A DNA stretch of 64,000 nt from positions 1-64,000 of the forward strand of contig OY970368.1 of NCBI GenBank assembly GCA_963718615.1, given 5' to 3'. Numbering within the stretch: position 1 is the first letter of the stretch; each line of letters starts with the position of its first letter. The notes under the pieces were generated by a model. That model made no database searches. It saw only the letters and a list, made by a program, of their open reading frames with translations, and was not told the origin of the DNA. The position numbers and the translations under genes are program-made. Origin of the DNA: an uncultured cyanobacterium (GTDB taxonomy: Bacteria > Cyanobacteriota > Cyanobacteriia > PCC-9006 > JAAUQQ01). This document shows positions 55,414-64,000 of the stretch, one piece after another.

Positions 55414-57207
55414 CTAATATTGGCTGCCCGATTTGCGATGATTCAGTGCCGTCACGCCATTCGCTTCCAAAACACTCCCAGCCTCCGTCAATGCATAGAG
55501 CAACCAATGATCTCCACAATCCATTCGGTCTTTCACCGTGCATTCTAAATAGGCCAAGGCATCTTTCAAAAAGGGGCTCCCATTTTCTGCCCAGTCCCAC
55601 TCAATTCCCTCAAACCGATCCACGCCGGGACGAGGGGGCTTTTGGAAGTGTCGTTGCAACTGCGTATTGCTTTGTTTTAGAACATTAATGACAAACTGGG
55701 CACCGGGTTCTTCTAAGGTTTCCGGAAACCCTTCCTTCGGGACCGTCACCGTCACAGCCGGTGGACTAAAGGCCGCCTGGGAAATCCAAGCGGTTAGCAG
55801 CCCTAATTTTGTATCCTGCTTGAGTGCTGCTGTCAGCACGCAGAGTGACCCCGTCACCCGACCTACGGCTTGACTGGTGCGATCGCTCTTGCCCTCCACC
55901 GCCATTTGCCGAGGCGTCACGGCCTTTTTCTTGGCCCGCTGCACAGCGAGAACGAACTGCTCACCCGCATCCTCACACTGCTTCAAAACCTCATCCGTCG
56001 GCGCAAATTTGACGCGAATCGTCTCGAACCCCAGTTGATAGCCAGCGTCTTGGAATTTGCTTTCGAGCATGTCCACCGCCTCACCGCTCCAGCCAAAGGA
56101 CCCAAAGACTCCGGCCAGCTTGGTTTTGTTAGCGGTCGACAGAATAATGCCCAAGGCCGTCTGAATTTGGGTCGGGGCATGGCCTGCCAAGGTTGGAGAA
56201 CCCACGACAAAACCATCACAGCGCTCGATCGCCCGCTGAATTTCCTCGGGGCTGGAAAACTCACAGTTGACGGTTTCCACCGACGCCCCGGAATCCGTGA
56301 TGCCCTTGGCGATCGCCTGACCCACCGCCGCCGTGTTGCCATAGGCCGACGTGTATAGCACCGCCACATGGACATCCAAGGACTGCTGCTGTTCGCACCA
56401 CTGGCGATAATCCATTTTTAGGCGGCTGAGGCTATTGCGCACCATGGGGCCATGGGCCGGGGCATAGACCTTGGCGCGAAGGGGTAGCAGCCCTTGCAAC
56501 GCCGCCTCAACCTGTCCGGCCTGGGCCGCATGAATACTATTGAAGTAATAGCGTCGATCTTCAGAAAAATCGCGCCAGTGCTCGTCAAAGACATCCTCTC
56601 CACACAGATGTGCCCCAAAGAATTTGTCGGTGAAGAGAATCCGCGACGCCGGGTCGTAGGTACAGAGCATATCTGGCCAGCGGGGCGTCGGCACAAAGAA
56701 AAATTGCAGTTCGTGCCCCTCGCCCAAGTCTAGGGTGTCCCCGTCGCGCACTGTGCGGATTTTGCTGTGAAATTCCTCCGGCAGCGTCTCCATGAGGGTA
56801 TTCGCCGCTGGCTTCGAGCAGACCAACGTCGCGTAGGTGGCCACCTTCAACAGCTTTTGCAGCGTCACCAAGCGATTGGGATTCACATGGCTCAGGATGA
56901 TGTAATAGAGCCGTTGATAGTACTGAAGCTCCTGAAGTTCATCCAGGAATACGTCTGTAAACGACTCTCCCGGCGGATCCAGCAGCGCCACCTCCCGCGC
57001 CTGAATGAGATAGGAATTAGCGGTGGTTCCCCGCTGACGGGCGTACTCGATTTCAAATTTGAGGCGATCCCAGGTGCGCGATCGCAAAACCAGCGTTTCT
57101 GCGCCGATCGAAGCAACCTGGACATCACGCTGTTTTTGGGGAGTGGAGGGAGCTACGGTCATAGCGGCACCAATGGGGGTGAAGACATCTTGCTCTGATC
57201 GTGCCAT
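55414..57207 (-). CDS. flavodiiron protein, Flv1/Flv2 type (non-canonical iron ligands)
   Basis: Beta-lactamase, flavodoxin and flavin-reductase domains; SHVNPNR in place of H.EPDH. Confidence 0.9.
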   Translation of the reverse strand: MARSEQDVFTPIGAAMTVAPSTPQKQRDVQVASIGAETLVLRSRTWDRLKFEIEYARQRGTTANSYLIQAREVALLDPPGESFTDVFLDELQELQYYQRLYYIILSHVNPNRLVTLQKLLKVATYATLVCSKPAANTLMETLPEEFHSKIRTVRDGDTLDLGEGHELQFFFVPTPRWPDMLCTYDPASRILFTDKFFGAHLCGEDVFDEHWRDFSEDRRYYFNSIHAAQAGQVEAALQGLLPLRAKVYAPAHGPMVRNSLSRLKMDYRQWCEQQQSLDVHVAVLYTSAYGNTAAVGQAIAKGITDSGASVETVNCEFSSPEEIQRAIERCDGFVVGSPTLAGHAPTQIQTALGIILSTANKTKLAGVFGSFGWSGEAVDMLESKFQDAGYQLGFETIRVKFAPTDEVLKQCEDAGEQFVLAVQRAKKKAVTPRQMAVEGKSDRTSQAVGRVTGSLCVLTAALKQDTKLGLLTAWISQAAFSPPAVTVTVPKEGFPETLEEPGAQFVINVLKQSNTQLQRHFQKPPRPGVDRFEGIEWDWAENGSPFLKDALAYLECTVKDRMDCGDHWLLYALTEAGSVLEANGVTALNHRKSGSQY

Positions 57208-57697
57208 GAATCGCGAGCGACGGGGAGAGGAGATGGCGACGACGGGGAGCCCAGCGGACCGGCCAAACCTCTAGGGAAGGCCTCGCGCAAATACTGAGGT
57301 GCATGTAATTTAATTTTCAAAGTCATTCAAATAAAAACAACTATTCCTCAGCAGAAACAATTTAATTCATACAAAGTTCAGAATTATTCAGGCTGCGTTT
57401 TGGGTTTTGAAAAACCAGGCCTATATTGCCATTAACGGTTGACTACTCTGTGCTTTTACGGAATTAGTTGAAATCCTGCGGAAAAAATATTTTTAATTTA
57501 ATACTTGAAGCTTAAGTGAAGTCGCGGAGATCAGTGGCCAGTGTATTTTTTGCACAGTAACATCACTGACAAGGAGTCACGAATGAGCTGAATTGATTCG
57601 GTCAATTAAGCCCCATTGAGATTAAGCCTAAATCGGTGTGTTTTTGCCGCTGTCACATGAACTGGGCGATCGCGGTTAACTTTGAGCGAAGGAAATT

Positions 57698-60598
57698 ATG
57701 AGTACTACTAATTCCACAGAAAATTCCACAGAAACAACGCTATTGATTGGTGATTTAGACGGCTTAGATTGGTCTGCTATTTTGAACGATTTATTCGTTA
57801 GCTTGGGGCAGCTAGGGGGACTTAATGGACTGGCGATCGCAGCGAATTTGCCTGGACAGGTCTTGACTTCAACAACAGACACAGTACCCACAATCCCCTC
57901 ACCAGGCAGTTCAACAACCGTTGCGACGACTGCCCCCCTGGCCGTCAATACAATCCCTGAAATTCCTGGACTACCGGCCATTGACTATCCCAATTTAGTT
58001 ACCAGTATTTTGGCTGGGCTGGGATTACCGCCGGAGGTTTTGGCCCTGATCGATGCAGGCGCGGCGCTAGAACTCTGGAGTAATCCCCAGCTATTGTCCT
58101 TGCTGAGTGAGAATCCAGATCTATTAGGATTTCTCGCTGCGAATCCCGATCTAGTCAGCTTGCTAGGAGAAATTCCAGGCGTTTTAGAGTTTGTTTCTGC
58201 AAACCCTGATCTCTTAAATTTCCTCATTGCTAATCCAGAGCTTTTAGGAGGTCTCTTAGAAAATCCTGACCTGCTCAATCTGGTTTTTGAGAATTCCAAT
58301 CTGCTTGACTTAGTGATTGCCAATCCGGGATTGCTGAGCCTTGTACAGGCCAATCCCGATGTTTTGACATTGCTCACATCTAATGCCAATTTGTTGGGCC
58401 TAGTCACGCAAAATCCCCAGGTTCTTAGTCTGATCACTGCCAATCCTAGTTTATTGGGCTTAGCGACCCAAAACCCTCAGTTACTCGGTGCAATTGTTAC
58501 TAATCCCAATCTCTTAGGGGTAGTACAACAAAGTCCAGAATTATTGGGTGCGATTGTGGCCAACCCCAGCCTCTTAGGACTGGCTCAGGATCCACAATTG
58601 CTTAGCTTTATCGCCGCCAATCCGTCCCTCTTACAGGGCTTGGCGAGCGGTACGTTGAGCCTGAACGATGCTTTAGCGCTGCTTAATTCTCAACAACAAC
58701 CCGTTGACCCGCAACCTGTCGACCCGCAACCCGTCGACCCACAACCTGTCGACCCACAACCTGTTGATCCGCAACCCGTCGACCCGCAACCTGTTGATCC
58801 GCAACCTGTTGACCCACAACCTGTTGATCCGCAACCTGTTGACCCACAACCTGTTGACTCTCAGCTCCTAATTTCTCCAGAAACTCAGCCGTCAGATCCG
58901 CTCCCCAGCACCCCATCTAGCGAGACTCCGGTCACCGACCCGGTTTCTCCGCCCCAAACGGAGAGTCTTGTAACGCCAACGGTGCCGACTCTGGATATTC
59001 TGGCCCTAGTGGGCAGCATTTTGGAAGGCTTTGGCGTTCCCCTAGAACTCCTGACCAATAGCCTTGACCCCAACACCTGGCTGAATTTGCTAGATACCCC
59101 CGAGATTGTTGATACGCTCCTAGATGGCAGTTTGGGCTTAGACGAGATCCTCAATTTGCTCAATCTCACCCCTGAACCTCCGGTGATTCCCCCGACCGAG
59201 CCCCCATCGCCCCCCGTGGTTCAACCGCAACCTACAGCGATCGCAGGGTCCGGCGATCTCTACGGAACCAGTGCTCCGGAAGCATTCACATCCACCGGCA
59301 ACAACGTCACGATTGTGGCGGAGGAAGGCCAAAACACCGTCAATGCAACTGGCCAAAACGTCACAGTCTATGGCGGAGCGGCGGCGGATACGATCAATAT
59401 CGTCAACGGCACCGTGTTTGCGGGCGAAGGCGTCAACGCAGTGACTGCAACCGGTGGTCCGAGTGTTGTCTACGGAGGAGCCGCTGCGGACACCATTCGG
59501 CTGGCCTCAGGCAATAACTTTGTCTTTGCGGGCGAAGGACAGAATAACGTGGTCACCGGCAATGGTAACGATACGGTTTACACCGGGGCTGCGGCAGATG
59601 TGATTGTGACTGGCGGGGGCGACGACCAAATCTATGCTGGGGAAGGTAACAACTACATTGATGCTGGCACAGGATTAAATACGGTCTACAGCGGCTCCGG
59701 GGCTGACACCTTTGTGCTCAATAGTGGAGGTGCAACTAAGGTCATGAGCTTTGGTGGGGGCGATCGCGTCTTCACCAACGGATTGTCAGTCACCACCCGC
59801 GTGGTCAACGGCAGTACGATTATTCGGTCTGGTAGCAATGACCTGATGCAGTTGGTCAATTTCACAGGGTCTGTGAATTTCGTCACGACGACATCAACAC
59901 CTGGTGGAACCAGCAGCAGTGGAGCCAGCGGTGCCGCTAGTAGTGCCAGCAACTCTAGTGGTACAACGCTTACAGGCTCCAGTGGTCCAGACAACTTCAC
60001 GATCGCTGTCGACAATGTCACTGTGCTAGCAGGTGAAGGCCAAAACACAATCACCGCAACGGGCCGAAATCTGACGGTCTATGGAGGGGCCGCAGCGGAT
60101 AGCATCACGATGGTGAACGGTACGGTTTATGCCGGTGAAGGGCAAAACACCGTTCTGGCTAGCGGGGGGTCCAGTACTGTCTACGGGGGTGCGGCGGCGG
60201 ATCGGATTAGTCTAGCATCGGGCGATAACCTGGTCTATGCCGGTGAAGGGGTCAATACCATTCAAACCGGCGGGGGCGATGACCTGATTTTTGCGGGCGC
60301 AGCGGCGGATACGATCCGCTCGGGCGGGGGCAATGATGTCATCTACGCAGGAGATGGCAATAACTTCATCGATGCGGGCTCGGGCTTCAATCAGGTCTAT
60401 AGCGGTTCCGGCGTGGATACGTTCGTGCTGAATGGCAGCGGCATGACTCAGTTGATGAGCTATGGTGCGGTCGATCGCATCCAAACCAACGGACTCACTG
60501 CCGCTAGCCGCGTGGTCGGTGCAGACACTTTGATTAGCGCCAATGGAGTCGATGTGATGACGCTGAGCGGGTTTACCGGGGCGGTGAACTTCATCTAG
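57698..60598 (+). CDS. large secreted-type repeat protein (NPxLL decamers, QPVDP linker, two RTX-like blocks)
   Basis: 966-aa ORF, no signal peptide, GG.ND.IYAG.GN Ca-binding-like repeats at the C-terminus. Confidence 0.85.
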   Translation: MSTTNSTENSTETTLLIGDLDGLDWSAILNDLFVSLGQLGGLNGLAIAANLPGQVLTSTTDTVPTIPSPGSSTTVATTAPLAVNTIPEIPGLPAIDYPNLVTSILAGLGLPPEVLALIDAGAALELWSNPQLLSLLSENPDLLGFLAANPDLVSLLGEIPGVLEFVSANPDLLNFLIANPELLGGLLENPDLLNLVFENSNLLDLVIANPGLLSLVQANPDVLTLLTSNANLLGLVTQNPQVLSLITANPSLLGLATQNPQLLGAIVTNPNLLGVVQQSPELLGAIVANPSLLGLAQDPQLLSFIAANPSLLQGLASGTLSLNDALALLNSQQQPVDPQPVDPQPVDPQPVDPQPVDPQPVDPQPVDPQPVDPQPVDPQPVDPQPVDSQLLISPETQPSDPLPSTPSSETPVTDPVSPPQTESLVTPTVPTLDILALVGSILEGFGVPLELLTNSLDPNTWLNLLDTPEIVDTLLDGSLGLDEILNLLNLTPEPPVIPPTEPPSPPVVQPQPTAIAGSGDLYGTSAPEAFTSTGNNVTIVAEEGQNTVNATGQNVTVYGGAAADTINIVNGTVFAGEGVNAVTATGGPSVVYGGAAADTIRLASGNNFVFAGEGQNNVVTGNGNDTVYTGAAADVIVTGGGDDQIYAGEGNNYIDAGTGLNTVYSGSGADTFVLNSGGATKVMSFGGGDRVFTNGLSVTTRVVNGSTIIRSGSNDLMQLVNFTGSVNFVTTTSTPGGTSSSGASGAASSASNSSGTTLTGSSGPDNFTIAVDNVTVLAGEGQNTITATGRNLTVYGGAAADSITMVNGTVYAGEGQNTVLASGGSSTVYGGAAADRISLASGDNLVYAGEGVNTIQTGGGDDLIFAGAAADTIRSGGGNDVIYAGDGNNFIDAGSGFNQVYSGSGVDTFVLNGSGMTQLMSYGAVDRIQTNGLTAASRVVGADTLISANGVDVMTLSGFTGAVNFI
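58697..58861 (+). repeat. 15-bp coding tandem repeat x11 (QPVDP)
   Basis: CAACCYGTYGAYCCR units counted directly; the last unit ends TCT. Confidence 0.95.
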
Positions 60599-60655
60599 TC
60601 AGAGAATCTAGTCACAGACGACTCTGTCCAATTTTGTAACGTCAACTCAAGCTTT

Positions 60656-60712
60656 GCCCTTGATGATCTCGGATGCTGAAGGCAGCGATCGCGATCGGTC
60701 AAGGGCTTTTTT
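60656..60712 (+). terminator. possible terminator between convergent genes
   Basis: GCCCTTGA...TCAAGGGC followed by T6. Confidence 0.45.
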
Positions 60713-60748
60713 ACCGAGGTCTATTACCGAAGTCGAAATCACCCGCCG

Positions 60749-62416
60749 CTAAATCACCACATCCACCTCCCGACCCCAGGCCAGCGCTTGCCGCACCGCA
60801 GCATCGGCATTAACCATCCCACTGCCGGTGTAGAGGTCGTAGCCAGGGGTGCTCAAATCCACGGCGGTTTGGCTGAGAATTTGCTTCACCTCCGCTGCGG
60901 TCAAGGTCGGATTGGCACTCCACACCAGCGAAGCCACGCCCGTGACGTTCGGCGTAGCAGCAGAGGTACCGTTGAACAAGGTCTGAGTCCCAAAGCCCTG
61001 CCAGCCCGTGTTGGCGGCAATCACCTCCGATGGACCCATCAGCGTCAACCCCTGACCGTACTGCGAGCCCCAGAAATCTGAATATTCGATGCGATCGCCC
61101 GGTGTACGCTCATTGCCAAACATATCCGTCTCTCCCCAGGACGCCCCCACCGCAATCACATTGTCGTAGGTTGCCGCCAAGAATGCCGGGGAAGATAATC
61201 CTTCAATGCCCAAATCCCCATCGTTCCCAGCGGCGATGACAAACAGCACATTGGGATGACTGGCGACAACGGCCTCAAAGGCTGGGTCAAAGCTTTCATT
61301 AAAGCTCTGGGGCACCCCCAAGCTCATGTTGATCACCAACTGCTGTCCTTGGCTGGCGGCCTCGTCGATCATCACCTGGGTGGCTTCCGCCAAGCTCAAA
61401 TCCCCCCATTCACCGCCCAAAACATCGATATTAAACACGGGGGATTGCCAATTAATTCCGCTCATTTGTTCGCCATTATTGCTATTGGCAGCGATGATGC
61501 TTTGCACAGCGGTGCCGTGGCTGTAGCCCCCTAGATAGGACTCATCTCTGGCCTGACTGCCCAGGGTATCCGTCGGGCGCAGGTCGGTGTGGGTTGAGCC
61601 AAAGCGGTAAGTCAAGCCCGTGTCTTCAATGCCCACCAGAACCTGATCGCTGCCGGTGGTAAATCGCCAAGCATTGTGAACGCCCATCATGTGCAGATTC
61701 CACTGGTCCCCAAATAGCGGATCATTGGGTTCGACAAACAGGTCCAGCGTCAAATCCCCAAAGATGACGCTGTCGATGCCCTCGAAGAGCACTTGGGAAC
61801 CGTTGTCGAAGGCGATCGCATCAAACACCCGCGCTCCATTGCCTGGATCAAACACCACCCCGCTTGTGGCGCTGGCCGGATTGAAGCTCACCGCTGAAAA
61901 CAAAAAACTGGAGAGGTCGAGGGTATCCCTTGCTCCTTCACCAAAGTCAACGTTGCCGTTACCGGACACCAGCGTCAGCGCGACCGTAGGGTCGATCGTG
62001 AAGGTGTCGGCGCTGAGGGTCCCGCTCCAAGCTTGGAAGGTAGGGGCAGCGTCCGTTGCGATCGCCTCAGTCTCTGCCGCTGGACCGACGAGTTGGGTGG
62101 AGTTGCCCAAGAGAGAATCTAGCGATGAGGACCGGTTTTCTAGGGTTGCTTGGTTTTCTGGGGTTGGAGGCAGGAGGCGATCGCGCAGGATTCCCGTCAG
62201 GTCCTGGGCATCTAGATCGCCTCCCATTGAACGTTCTTGCCAGCCCCTCCAAACACTCGCCGCCTCCGCAAAGAGCAATCCCTGGGGAGCATCCAGCGGC
62301 TGATTCAACATCCCATAGGGATTGGCAGAACGATCGGGGGTTGAAAAATCGCGGGTCGAAAAATCGAGGTTAGCTGGGCTCAAACTGGCCCCGGCCCAAT
62401 CCAAGGTTTTCAGCAT
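60749..62416 (-). CDS. S8 subtilisin-like serine protease
   Basis: Triad EDTG, SHGT and NGTSAATP; INMSLG and AAGNDG. Confidence 0.92.
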   Translation of the reverse strand: MLKTLDWAGASLSPANLDFSTRDFSTPDRSANPYGMLNQPLDAPQGLLFAEAASVWRGWQERSMGGDLDAQDLTGILRDRLLPPTPENQATLENRSSSLDSLLGNSTQLVGPAAETEAIATDAAPTFQAWSGTLSADTFTIDPTVALTLVSGNGNVDFGEGARDTLDLSSFLFSAVSFNPASATSGVVFDPGNGARVFDAIAFDNGSQVLFEGIDSVIFGDLTLDLFVEPNDPLFGDQWNLHMMGVHNAWRFTTGSDQVLVGIEDTGLTYRFGSTHTDLRPTDTLGSQARDESYLGGYSHGTAVQSIIAANSNNGEQMSGINWQSPVFNIDVLGGEWGDLSLAEATQVMIDEAASQGQQLVINMSLGVPQSFNESFDPAFEAVVASHPNVLFVIAAGNDGDLGIEGLSSPAFLAATYDNVIAVGASWGETDMFGNERTPGDRIEYSDFWGSQYGQGLTLMGPSEVIAANTGWQGFGTQTLFNGTSAATPNVTGVASLVWSANPTLTAAEVKQILSQTAVDLSTPGYDLYTGSGMVNADAAVRQALAWGREVDVVI

Positions 62417-62694
62417 CGGTAAGTTGTGTGAGCATGAAGGACACAGTCTCCAAGCAAGCAGAGATCTCGATGGGTCTCTCTGCGGCCTGAGGCACTGAGC
62501 AACTGCCTGTAACAGTGCTTACCAGTTCATCGCTCGGAAGGTAGGATTTTATTCATTCATGGAGTAAATGGATCAATTTTGAAGAGGTGGATGTTCTCCT
62601 AGGGCAAACATCGCTCGTCGCAGATTCATAACCCCCAAGCGATTCATCCTCAATTCACTGACCGTAGCCCGTCCCGTTGGGCTAACATCTTAGC

Positions 62695-64000
62695 CTAGGG
62701 CTCGACGAGCGCCGTGGCGATCGCCCGACTTCGCTCCAGCAGCCGAGGCAAATCTATCGTCCTGAGCTCCCCTTGATCCACCACCTTGCGTCCGTTGATA
62801 AAGCTATAGTCCACTTGGGGTGGTTGGCAGAGCACCAGCGCCGCGACGGGGTCCTGCCCACTGCCGGCAAAATGCAGGCGATCAAGATTAAAGGCCACAA
62901 AATCCGCCGCCATTCCAGGGGCTAAATAGCCCACATCCTCCCGGCCTAAGACCTTAGCCCCCCCTCGGGTCGCCAGTTCCAGAGCTTCGCGCGCGGTTAG
63001 GGCTGCCGCATTACCTTCGCGGACGCGGGCCAGCATCAGCGCCATTCGGGCTTCGTTAAGCAAGTGCGTGGCATCATTGGACGCCGCCCCATCGGCCCCC
63101 AGGCCGACCGCAACCCCCTGGTCAAGCATTTTACGAATCGGGGCAATGCCGCTGGCAAGGCGACAGTTGCTGCAGGGACAGTGGGCAACACCAGTACCGG
63201 TTTGGGAAAATTTGGCGATCGCCCCATCGCTCAACTGCACACAGTGGGCATGCCAAACATCGTTGCCTAGCCAACCTACAGACTCCGCATAATCGCCAGG
63301 CGTCAGACCGAACTTTTCTAGGCTATAGGTCACATCCGTGGGGTCTTCCGCGAGATGGGTATGCAACCGCACACCGGGATAGGCGCGGGCCAAGGCGGCT
63401 GATTCTCGCATCAGATCCTGGGACACCGAGAAGGGTGAGCAGGGAGCCAGAACAATGCGGGTCATGGCATAGCGATCGGCATCGTGATAGGTCTCGATCA
63501 ATCGCTGGGAGTCTTTGAGAATGTTGGCTTCCCGCTCCACCAAGCTATCCGGCGGCAGTCCGCCCTGACTTTCTCCGACACTCATGCTGCCCCGACTGGC
63601 GTGGAAGCGCAGGCCGATTTCGCGAATGGCTTCGATTTCATCGTCGAGGGTGCAGTCGTTGGGAAAAAGGTAGAGGTGATCGCTGGCGGTGGTGCAGCCG
63701 GACAGGATTAGCTCAGCGGCGGCAAGCTGGGCGCTGACGCGGACGCCCTCGGCGGTGAGGTTAGCCCAGATGGGATACAGCCCCTGAAGCCAGTGGAACA
63801 AATCGCAGTTTTGAACCGCAGGAATGGCGCGGGTGAGGGTTTGGTAAAAGTGATGGTGGGTGTTGATGAGACCGGGGATAACGACGTGGCGATCGCCCAA
63901 GTCCAAGATTTCGTCTGCCTGATCCGGCAACTCGATTGTAGGACCCATTTGCTCGATGACGCGATCGCGAACATAAAGAGCCCCGTGACGAATTTCAGTT
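62695..64000 (-). CDS. 8-oxoguanine deaminase-like amidohydrolase (start lies beyond the window end)
   Basis: PGLINTHHHFYQTLTR, SGCTT..DH.Y, APCSPFSV, HTHLAE and LG.DG.ASND. Confidence 0.9.
   Translation of the reverse strand, partial: TEIRHGALYVRDRVIEQMGPTIELPDQADEILDLGDRHVVIPGLINTHHHFYQTLTRAIPAVQNCDLFHWLQGLYPIWANLTAEGVRVSAQLAAAELILSGCTTASDHLYLFPNDCTLDDEIEAIREIGLRFHASRGSMSVGESQGGLPPDSLVEREANILKDSQRLIETYHDADRYAMTRIVLAPCSPFSVSQDLMRESAALARAYPGVRLHTHLAEDPTDVTYSLEKFGLTPGDYAESVGWLGNDVWHAHCVQLSDGAIAKFSQTGTGVAHCPCSNCRLASGIAPIRKMLDQGVAVGLGADGAASNDATHLLNEARMALMLARVREGNAAALTAREALELATRGGAKVLGREDVGYLAPGMAADFVAFNLDRLHFAGSGQDPVAALVLCQPPQVDYSFINGRKVVDQGELRTIDLPRLLERSRAIATALVEP

Noticed and set aside
58697-58861. 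CRISPR array
   Set aside because: Contiguous 15-bp coding repeats with wobble variation and no spacers; no CRISPR array or cas gene was seen anywhere in the window.

Overview
The window is a composite rather than one genome. Abrupt changes in composition, codon usage and gene taxonomy suggest at least seven joined fragments. (1) ~1-4222: high-GC, probably deep-branching Actinomycetota, with 16S rRNA, tandem promoters and tyrS. (2) ~4222-10090: AT-rich Bacteroidota, with a MutS-domain ATPase, a TolB-like protein and the mobile mystery A/B pair. (3) ~10090-18372: Methanomicrobiales-like archaeon, with a PAS kinase, ALDH and the trm56-ATP-grasp-tfe-HD cluster. (4-6) ~18372-21055: short error-rich scraps (Ser/Thr kinase and rsmE; S4-domain gene and rpsA; yejEB). 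(7) ~21055-64000: a HIP1 (GCGATCGC)-rich cyanobacterial contig. Many genes in the first 22.6 kb carry single-base frameshifts that look like sequencing errors. The most interesting part is a candidate defence/signalling island at ~30.3-44.2 kb. It holds a caspase and two convergent NACHT proteins that, with a fourth IS-disrupted gene, share a short GKYN..IG...IGD motif. The two NACHT C-terminal regions form one AT-rich block bounded by an in-frame 14-bp inverted repeat. Nearby are an IS3 nested in an ISAs1, a truncated MNT-HEPN pair, a three-gene HNH operon with a shared helix motif, and a 420-bp IS200/IS605 derivative without transposase or tnpB that keeps an omegaRNA-like end. All family names come from recognising motifs by eye; no database searches were run.
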